DNA of 64,000 nucleotides, taken from IMG/VR virus record IMGVR_UViG_3300033153_007973, positions 62,001 through 126,000 of that record. The stretch is one strand, 5' to 3'. The position numbers were made by a program, and so were the translations under genes. This document shows positions 6,853 to 13,002 of the stretch, piece by piece; the first letter of the stretch is position 1, and each line of letters starts with the position of its first letter. The notes under the pieces are model-generated. The model had not been told where the DNA came from. It did no database searches and saw only the letters and a list, made by a program, of their open reading frames with translations.

Positions 6853-6932
6853 ACAGTGTCGGGGCGAGGTCGCGACCACTTCGTGGTCCTCGATAGAAAG
6901 GGTGTGCACACCGCCTTTAGCCCCCGTACTGT
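6853..6932 (+). ncRNA. putative three-way-junction RNA
   Basis: closing ACAGTG-T-CGGGG/CCCCG-TACTGT plus two internal hairpins. Confidence 0.5.
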
Positions 6933-6937
6933 TTTAT

Positions 6938-7010
6938 GGGCTTGTAGCTCTAATGGGAGAGCGCCTCGCTTGCACCGAGGATGTTGCTGGTTCGAATCCA
7001 GTCAGGTCCA
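6938..7010 (+). tRNA. tRNA-Ala(TGC)
   Basis: cloverleaf; G3:U70. Confidence 0.95.
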
Positions 7011-7015
7011 CAATT

Positions 7016-7090
7016 AGCGGGATTGCCTAATTGGCTAAGGCACCAGTCTCTGACACTGGTTTATTGAAGGTTCGAATCCTTCTCCCGCCG
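7016..7090 (+). tRNA. tRNA-Gln(CTG)
   Basis: CCAGT-CTCTGAC-ACTGG; unpaired 1:72; G73. Confidence 0.92.
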
Positions 7091-7106
7091 GAATTATAGG
7101 AGTGAT

Positions 7107-7181
7107 ATGACAGAATTGATGGTAATAGGGTTGATTCTTTTGTGGGGTTTTGGTTTATGGCTCATGGATAAACATTGCTAG
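7107..7181 (+). CDS. 24-aa single-TM peptide MTELMVIGLILLWGFGLWLMDKHC
   Basis: AGGAG SD; manual translation. Confidence 0.55.
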   Translation: MTELMVIGLILLWGFGLWLMDKHC

Positions 7182-7228
7182 TTTGCGTCGAATATTTCCG
7201 TAATCGACGCAGATTTTGCGTCGAATAT

Positions 7229-7302
7229 GCGCTCATAGACCAACGGCAGAGTCAAGGGCCTTAAAAGCCCTCAAGTGATGGGTTCGAATCCCTCTGGGCG
7301 CA
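7229..7302 (+). tRNA. tRNA with TAA (Leu) anticodon and short variable loop
   Basis: AGGGC-CTTAAAA-GCCCT; A73; no long V arm. Confidence 0.85.
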
Positions 7303-7312
7303 AAGGAGAACA

Positions 7313-7384
7313 ATGGAGATTCTAATCATAGTAGTGATAGTCTTAGCAATTTGTGCTATCGATGTGATAGTAAAAAAGAAGTAG
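7313..7384 (+). CDS. 23-aa single-TM peptide MEILIIVVIVLAICAIDVIVKKK
   Basis: AAGGAG SD; stop shares its G with G1 of tRNA-Phe. Confidence 0.55.
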   Translation: MEILIIVVIVLAICAIDVIVKKK

Positions 7385-7455
7385 CCGAGATAGCTCAATG
7401 GGCAGAGCAGGGGATTGAAGATCCTCAAGCGGAGGTCCGAATCCTCCTCTTGGCA
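7384..7455 (+). tRNA. tRNA-Phe(GAA)
   Basis: cloverleaf; T loop TCCGAAT (C55). Confidence 0.9.
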
Positions 7456-7456
7456 A

Positions 7457-7810
7457 ATGAATCGACGAGATAAAATTGTATCGTTCTTACGTAAGCCATA
7501 TCGGAAGGTAAATCCATATGGTCGTATGATGTGTAAGTGTGGTAATTTACAGGTGCACAGTCTTAGGTGGTGCCCTGATTGCGGTGGCGAATACGCCGAT
7601 GATCCATGCAATATGACATTCTGTGATGTTATTATGAGACAGGTAACTGAGAATCCTAGATATCAAAAAGAAGATGGTTATGTTGGATACCTATGGTGGG
7701 AAGCACTACTCAGTAGGTCTATCGGAGTTGGACCAATACCTGCCGCTGAGCTTAAAGATCTGCATGAACAGACATTAAAGGAGGTGCGACATGAAAGATC
7801 TCTAGATTAA
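7457..7810 (+). CDS. Zn-ribbon hypothetical protein
   Basis: first ATG after tRNA-Phe; CKCG...CPDCG. Confidence 0.65.
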   Translation: MNRRDKIVSFLRKPYRKVNPYGRMMCKCGNLQVHSLRWCPDCGGEYADDPCNMTFCDVIMRQVTENPRYQKEDGYVGYLWWEALLSRSIGVGPIPAAELKDLHEQTLKEVRHERSLD

Positions 7811-7825
7811 TCAAGGAGGTTAGAC

Positions 7826-8083
7826 ATGTCACGATCATATAAGAAGAATCCAGGCTACATAGATGGTCCACATGGTGATCATAAACGGTGGGCAAACAAG
7901 GTGGTGCGTAGAACAAAAGATGTCCCAGATGGTTGTCTATATAAGAAACATTATCCACAGTGGGACATCTGCGACTTCAAGTGTATCTACTATAGTAACA
8001 AAGAATGGTTGCGTTACTCCGCTCCAAATAGGACAGAGTTTGGATCAGAATATGACGAACCATATAGAGCAAGAATGAAATAG
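7826..8083 (+). CDS. basic hypothetical protein (MSRSYKK...ANKxVR...WDICD type)
   Basis: AAGGAGG SD; pattern recalled from phage hypothetical proteins. Confidence 0.8.
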   Translation: MSRSYKKNPGYIDGPHGDHKRWANKVVRRTKDVPDGCLYKKHYPQWDICDFKCIYYSNKEWLRYSAPNRTEFGSEYDEPYRARMK

Positions 8084-8088
8084 ATAGA

Positions 8089-8168
8089 GCACTCGTGGTG
8101 GAACTGGCAGACACGCTAGACTTAGAATCTAGTGCGAAAGCATGAGGGTTCGACTCCCTCCGAGTGCA
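8089..8168 (+). tRNA. tRNA-Leu(TAG)
   Basis: cloverleaf with variable arm. Confidence 0.95.
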
Positions 8169-8171
8169 CAG

Positions 8172-8252
8172 GCACTTGTGGCGAAATGGCATACGCGCAC
8201 GGTTCAGAGCCGTGTCCCATTCGGGTTGGTGGTTCGAGTCCACTCAGGTGCA
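8172..8252 (+). tRNA. tRNA-Leu(CAG)
   Basis: cloverleaf with variable arm. Confidence 0.94.
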
Positions 8253-8302
8253 AATATGTATTTTAATTTACGAATACGTTAATTCGAATACATAATTGCC
8301 TT

Positions 8303-8418
8303 GGGCGACATTAATTCAATGGCCAGAGCGAGAGGCACGCGTAGTATGAGGCCTGAGTGAGTTATAGAAATGGGACAGCTTGTCCCTATGTGCGGGTTCG
8401 AATCCCGCATGTCGCCCA
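8303..8418 (+). ncRNA. tRNA-like RNA with two hairpins replacing the anticodon arm
   Basis: GGGCGACAT/ATGTCGCCC; GCGGG-TTCGAAT-CCCGC; D-like TTCAATGGCCAGAG. Confidence 0.65.
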
Positions 8419-8421
8419 CTT

Positions 8422-8494
8422 GCATCCATAGCTCAGTTGGCAGAGCACCTGTTTTACACGCAGGGTGTCGGAGGTTCGATTCCTTCTGGATGCA
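8422..8494 (+). tRNA. tRNA-Val(TAC)
   Basis: cloverleaf; loop TTTACAC. Confidence 0.95.
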
Positions 8495-8499
8495 CAGAT

Positions 8500-8583
8500 G
8501 TGCTGGTTTCCCTCCCGGCGCCCAATATTGTGTTTATGGACTGGGGAGAGTCGTTATGGAGCTCTCCCCTTAGTCCTGCAAAT
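8500..8583 (+). repeat. two-hairpin element, copy 1
   Basis: GTGCTGG/CCGGCGC then GGACTGGGGAGAG/CTCTCCCC..AGTCC-TGCA. Confidence 0.7.
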
Positions 8584-8656
8584 GGTCTTGTAGCTCAATC
8601 GGTAGAGCACCATACTCATAATGTGAGGGTTGGTGGTTCGAGTCCACCCAAGACCA
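8584..8656 (+). tRNA. tRNA-CAT (elongator Met or lysidine Ile2)
   Basis: cloverleaf; loop CTCATAA. Confidence 0.92.
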
Positions 8657-8681
8657 ATAGCTAGCCGATTCCAAGGACGCC

Positions 8682-8769
8682 GCGCGGGTTTCCCCCTTTT
8701 TCCCGCGCCAATTTGATTAGGACTGGGGGAGAGTTGATGTGGAACTCTCCCCCGGGATCCTGCAGATGG
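8682..8769 (+). repeat. two-hairpin element, copy 2
   Basis: GCGCGGG/CCCGCGC then GGACTGGGGGAGAG/CTCTCCCCC..TCC-TGCA. Confidence 0.7.
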
Positions 8770-8776
8770 AGAGAAG

Positions 8777-9175
8777 ATGAAATATTATACAGGTACCATA
8801 CCGCTAAACCCCAAGCTATATGAGAATGATTATATCGACTGTCTCGAGATTGCATCAATCAAACTGGGTGATGATCTCAGTTTCATGACAAGTAATCGAG
8901 TACGTAAGCTGTTAGAAATGACACGTGATGATCCAGAATGTGATCCCGAGGTCCAGAGTGTGGTATCAGTTGAAGCACTGAAGCGTGCTATGGCAGGAGA
9001 TCCTGAAATGGGCATTGCTGGGAGCATGACCACAATGAGAGCTGGAATTCCGAATCAAATTAATATCCACCACCATCATTTACAACCAGTAACACACATA
9101 GAGATCTCTGGCACATTAGTTGATCCTAGTATCTTTGAAGATGCATATTCAGGAGAGATTATTTTACCTGATTAA
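8777..9175 (+). CDS. hypothetical protein
   Basis: GGAG SD; 132 aa. Confidence 0.75.
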   Translation: MKYYTGTIPLNPKLYENDYIDCLEIASIKLGDDLSFMTSNRVRKLLEMTRDDPECDPEVQSVVSVEALKRAMAGDPEMGIAGSMTTMRAGIPNQINIHHHHLQPVTHIEISGTLVDPSIFEDAYSGEIILPD

Positions 9176-9264
9176 AAGAATGGGGCAGAGGGCAGATGGT
9201 TGTAGGTGAGCTATCTGGGAGGGGAGCCCATCTTCGCCGAGAGGCTACCCTCCACCCCAAAGAT

Positions 9265-9483
9265 TTATTTCTTGTTTGCGAGTAGATATCCGATAACCAG
9301 GATAACCACTACTTCTTTGATCCCGAAGCCCGTCATTAGTGAGAGCCTTTTCAGGATTGCGAACTTGGTCTTGATGATGAGATCTGATGTGATTAGTAGC
9401 CCACAAATCGGGACAATGATCATCACTAGTCTCAGTACGATAGCTCTGATCTGGTCTAGCAGTGCTACAATCTTTTGAAACAT
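9265..9483 (-). CDS. small two-TM membrane protein
   Basis: AAGGAG SD; hydrophobic segments, basic C-terminus. Confidence 0.7.
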   Translation of the reverse strand: MFQKIVALLDQIRAIVLRLVMIIVPICGLLITSDLIIKTKFAILKRLSLMTGFGIKEVVVILVIGYLLANKK

Positions 9484-9493
9484 TTCTTACTCC

Positions 9494-9670
9494 TTATCCT
9501 TTTCTCCCACGACCTCTGCCGCGTCCATTGCCCTGACCATATCCAGGACCACCTAATTTACAACCACCAGAATTTGCATTTCTTCGCAGACCACTGCCGC
9601 TACCATTCCTAAGTGGTGTACCATTTTTCTTAGGCTTTGATTTCTTCTTTTTGTCTAGTTCGATGTCCAT
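9494..9670 (-). CDS. 58-aa Gly/Arg/Lys-rich protein
   Basis: AGGAGG SD; manual translation MDIELDKKKKSK...GRGRGRGRKG; below track cutoff. Confidence 0.7.
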   Translation of the reverse strand: MDIELDKKKKSKPKKNGTPLRNGSGSGLRRNANSGGCKLGGPGYGQGNGRGRGRGRKG

Positions 9671-9678
9671 TTTGCCTC

Positions 9679-9924
9679 CTATTTCTTAGAGATATAACCA
9701 CCTATCATCAAACTCATAGCTGACATAAATGCAGTGAACACGCCATGTGATACTTTAAGCGTATCAGGACTCATATTCTTTGAATAGAACATAAGGACAA
9801 AACCTTGTCCCGCGGCAAGGAGAATAAGCATGAGCGTGATAATTGCTCTTACTGTTCCTTTTGGCCATCCGAATGATGAGTTTCGTCTTTGACTTCGATT
9901 TCCGTACTTCCGCACTGTACGCAA
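9679..9924 (-). CDS. small two-TM membrane protein (GWPKGTVRA motif)
   Basis: TTG start with AAGGAG SD; start uncertain. Confidence 0.6.
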   Translation of the reverse strand: MRTVRKYGNRSQRRNSSFGWPKGTVRAIITLMLILLAAGQGFVLMFYSKNMSPDTLKVSHGVFTAFMSAMSLMIGGYISKK

Positions 9925-10022
9925 TATTTTATCTCCTTGAGGTCCTTTATTCCCGGACGCATGCTCATCAGATATGCTTCGTCTCCGCATTTCTTACACT
10001 TTATTGTGACATCGGTAATCAT
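9849..10022 (-). CDS. Zn-ribbon protein
   Basis: CKKCG...CVQCGS. Confidence 0.6.
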   Translation of the reverse strand: MITDVTIKCKKCGDEAYLMSMRPGIKDLKEIKYCVQCGSTEIEVKDETHHSDGQKEQ

Positions 10023-10149
10023 TATTGTTTCCAGTGATGTATCACAGATGCTATAACTGCCAAAGCTGCTAAAGTTATAGACAAGAAGGTTATAACTACG
10101 AGAATAGATAGGAACACTTGCATGTATGCCTCCAAAATGTTGATCACCA

Positions 10150-10178
10150 AGTATACACCTGAGTCGCATTTGTGTCAA
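10150..10178 (-). promoter_or_regulatory. sigma70-type promoter
   Basis: TTGACA-17-TATACT on minus strand. Confidence 0.75.
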
Positions 10179-10202
10179 CCATTTTTATGTAATTCTGTCG
10201 GG

Positions 10203-10231
10203 TTGACAGTCCCAGAAATTCAGTGTACTAT
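10203..10231 (+). promoter_or_regulatory. sigma70-type promoter, probably leaderless transcript
   Basis: TTGACA-17-TACTAT, ATG 6 nt downstream. Confidence 0.75.
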
Positions 10232-10237
10232 CTCTAT

Positions 10238-10942
10238 ATGTCAGCGACACTTCCAGCGATCAAGGTTAAGAAGGTCGCAGACAAAATCTATTGCATTCTC
10301 TTCAAATCGTATCGAGAAATGGGCCGGACAATGCTTCGATTTGAGGAACACTACGAGTGTACATCCGCTTACTTCAGGAAGAATCCATTCACATTGAAGG
10401 AATATAAAGCATGGTATAAGACCGCCCTTCACGGTGGCACCACTGGTAAGTTCACATATTATACAGACTGGGGAGGATATAATCTTCATGCTGAGAATTT
10501 GCTCCCATTCTATGATGGTACATTCAAGTATATCACCAAGCGCGAAAAGCAGCTACTGTATGCATTTAGAGACATGGAACCATATGACTTCTATATCATC
10601 GGATTAGTTGGTGATAGTAGAGATTGGACCGAAGAACTATCACATGAGCTATCTCATGCTATGTTTAGAGTTAACGAGACATATCGCAAACGTACCACCA
10701 AGATCATCAAGAAATGCATGCACAAGCTCAGTACTCTAAACAAATACCTGCGCAGTGAAGGTTACTGTCGTGGGGTTATGATCGACGAAGCCACAGCTTA
10801 TCTTGCCTGTGATTCAGAGTGGCTTGCAACTAAGGGAGTGAAGATTGATCACCTGACAAAGGAGATCACAAAGCTTAAGCACCTCTTTCTACTACATAAG
10901 CCCAAGAACACCTTCGATATCAGTTCTTGGAAGAGAAGGTAA
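10238..10942 (+). CDS. HExxH zincin-like metalloprotease
   Basis: HELSH plus downstream DEATAY; RFEEHYE motif. Confidence 0.7.
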   Translation: MSATLPAIKVKKVADKIYCILFKSYREMGRTMLRFEEHYECTSAYFRKNPFTLKEYKAWYKTALHGGTTGKFTYYTDWGGYNLHAENLLPFYDGTFKYITKREKQLLYAFRDMEPYDFYIIGLVGDSRDWTEELSHELSHAMFRVNETYRKRTTKIIKKCMHKLSTLNKYLRSEGYCRGVMIDEATAYLACDSEWLATKGVKIDHLTKEITKLKHLFLLHKPKNTFDISSWKRR

Positions 10943-10949
10943 ATAAAGG

Positions 10950-10978
10950 TTGACATGATCATTTCTATATGATATTAT
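10950..10978 (+). promoter_or_regulatory. sigma70-type promoter, extended -10
   Basis: TTGACA-17-TATTAT with TGn. Confidence 0.75.
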
Positions 10979-11102
10979 GTACACAGGGTCTAGGTTGGTC
11001 CGCCGAAGCCCTTCCAGAGAACGTGAATCGGCCAACTTAGGAAGTATCCAGATAAAGATATAGATGTAAAGAAGGTAATCAAAAACATGAAGGAGCATAC
11101 AC

Positions 11103-11333
11103 ATGGCAACAACTAACATCAACATGAAGAAAGGCCAACCATCTATTAATATGGGTGTCGGAACCAACCGCGGCGGATCAAATGCAGGTGCTAAGGGTGG
11201 AAAGCCTGCTGGTTACAGTGGTAGTGGTGGTAAGAGTTCTGGTAATACGCTGAACAAATCCGGCCAATCTAAGAGTCTAAATGTAGGACGCAAGGGTGGT
11301 TCCGGTTCGATTAACATGGGCAGCAACAGATAA
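11103..11333 (+). CDS. Gly/Ser/Asn/Lys-rich low-complexity protein
   Basis: AAGGAG SD; repeated (S/N)(I/L)N(M/V). Confidence 0.8.
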   Translation: MATTNINMKKGQPSINMGVGTNRGGSNAGAKGGKPAGYSGSGGKSSGNTLNKSGQSKSLNVGRKGGSGSINMGSNR

Positions 11334-11369
11334 CCACTAAGACAGCACTACAGACAAGAGGAGGGAGAT

Positions 11370-11501
11370 ATGCGAACTCCCAAACAATACCTTGACTTCA
11401 AACGAGATGACAAGGACAAGCGTAAAACGTCCAAAGCATCTCAACGTACGCTCCGGCGGTCGAGCCTTCGTCGCGTAGAGAAATCGGATACTGACAAATA
11501 A
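11370..11501 (+). CDS. 43-aa basic protein
   Basis: GAGGAGGGAG SD; TAATG coupling to next ORF; manual translation. Confidence 0.6.
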   Translation: MRTPKQYLDFKRDDKDKRKTSKASQRTLRRSSLRRVEKSDTDK

Positions 11502-11896
11502 TGCCTACAGTAGAAGAAGCAGTACGTCAGATTATCTCGAGAGAGATCCAGGAGTGTGATACTATCCTTCGGACTGATGAGGTTACTCGCATCAAGGATT
11601 TTGTCCGTGGATTCAAGCTTGGACTGAATCGGACAAAAAGATATTCTCTTGATCAGCCACAGTTGATAAAACTGTATGGTAAGTTTAGGGAGGATGAGGA
11701 TAAGGAATATCGTAGGAAAAGAGTGAATGTTGAGAAGGTTAGATTGATGAAGGGAAAGGTACATGCAATTGCATCTGTAATGTCACTTATACAGGAAGCA
11801 TTGTATGTTGACTATACACCACATCTTGAAATCGGTGGCGATGCCCTTTTACGGATATTTCTCAATAATAAGTCACTCTTTATGCAAGACGACTAG
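11501..11896 (+). CDS. hypothetical protein
   Basis: 131-aa ORF, coupled. Confidence 0.75.
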   Translation: MPTVEEAVRQIISREIQECDTILRTDEVTRIKDFVRGFKLGLNRTKRYSLDQPQLIKLYGKFREDEDKEYRRKRVNVEKVRLMKGKVHAIASVMSLIQEALYVDYTPHLEIGGDALLRIFLNNKSLFMQDD

Positions 11897-11946
11897 ATCG
11901 GTGCATATGTTCCGGATCTCGATACCTGCGAAAGAGGCGCAATTGA

Positions 11947-12111
11947 ATGGTAATTAGATCTAAGATAGGATCTACCGGATCGGGAAGATCAAGTAACACA
12001 CAACGGGGCCGCGGCCGTCCACGAAGCACAATGAAGATAAGACTTAAAATAAGAAGCAAGAAGAAGAGCGGCTGCTGCTTCGGGAGTACGTCGAATACAA
12101 AAGGAGAATAA
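11947..12111 (+). CDS. 54-aa basic protein with AT-hook-like RGRGRPR
   Basis: manual translation; GAGG SD. Confidence 0.55.
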   Translation: MVIRSKIGSTGSGRSSNTQRGRGRPRSTMKIRLKIRSKKKSGCCFGSTSNTKGE

Positions 12112-12117
12112 TATAAC

Positions 12118-13002
12118 ATGCCAATTTCAGACATGGTAAGTGATATCCTGAATAAACGAATGACGAGAGCAGCGAACCAGAAGAAAGCCAGGACAAAAGC
12201 CAAGGAAGATGCACCAAATGACAAAGCAACAGTTCGTCAGGATTTCGAAGATATAGCAAAAGAAGATATCAAAGTAACTGAGAAACCTGAATCACCAAAA
12301 CCCACACAGAAAACAGATTCTGAAGAGACAGTCCCTGCAGTTCCTCAGGTGGGCATTCCTGATTCTAATGCTGCTATGTTCGTGCAGAGATTCCTAGCTA
12401 ACGTGTCAGATTCCAGTTTAGAACTAACAAAACAACAACTTGCAGATCTGGAGCATGATATCAAGAATCTCAACGTATCAGCCAGTACAACGATTCTCAG
12501 ATGCAAGGGAGCAGAAGATTGTGTGTATGGCAAATTCTGTTCACTGGATAAGATCAAGGGCACATTCCCGATTGGTGAGATCTGTCCTATGGAGAAAACC
12601 ATTGCTGAGATATCATTTAATGAATATCTAGTGTCTCTGAATAAGACAATGGATGATGTTGGTATCATAGAATTTAATCAGATCATGAGTCTTATAGAAT
12701 GTGATCTCCTGGATATGCGATCCAGGAGTCGTCTGAATGAAGAAGGTATGACGAGAATGGTTACGACATTTGTGAATCATAAGACAGGCGACACAGCAGA
12801 GACAGAAGAGCTATCTGTTATGTTTGGGATCAAGGATAGGGTAGCAAAGCGCAGGGACACAATCCTGAAACAGATGTTGGCTACACCAGAGATCAGAGCC
12901 AAATACAAGATAGCAGATGTTGGTGACAGAGGCCGCAAAGATGCTCGCCAGCTTGTGAAGGAAGCAAGAGAGAAACTCATTGAATTGAAACAGGATAAAT
13001 AA
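12118..13002 (+). CDS. probable terminase small subunit
   Basis: helical core ending QMLATPEIRAKY resembles P27-type LGLTPxxRxK; four-Cys cluster; upstream of TerL. Confidence 0.5.
   Translation: MPISDMVSDILNKRMTRAANQKKARTKAKEDAPNDKATVRQDFEDIAKEDIKVTEKPESPKPTQKTDSEETVPAVPQVGIPDSNAAMFVQRFLANVSDSSLELTKQQLADLEHDIKNLNVSASTTILRCKGAEDCVYGKFCSLDKIKGTFPIGEICPMEKTIAEISFNEYLVSLNKTMDDVGIIEFNQIMSLIECDLLDMRSRSRLNEEGMTRMVTTFVNHKTGDTAETEELSVMFGIKDRVAKRRDTILKQMLATPEIRAKYKIADVGDRGRKDARQLVKEAREKLIELKQDK

Noticed and set aside
8495-8770. HDV-like (theta) ribozymes after tRNAs
   Set aside because: Could not build the nested double pseudoknot by eye; not excluded without a covariance search.
2355-8858. Track ORFs overlapping tRNA or ncRNA genes (e.g. 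2539..2775, 3307..3492, 6633..6896, 8380..8664)
   Set aside because: No SD; explained by GC-rich structured RNA sequence.
9265-9924. Holin/spanin lysis cassette
   Set aside because: Membrane proteins are present but there is no adjacent endolysin or lipobox; function left unassigned.
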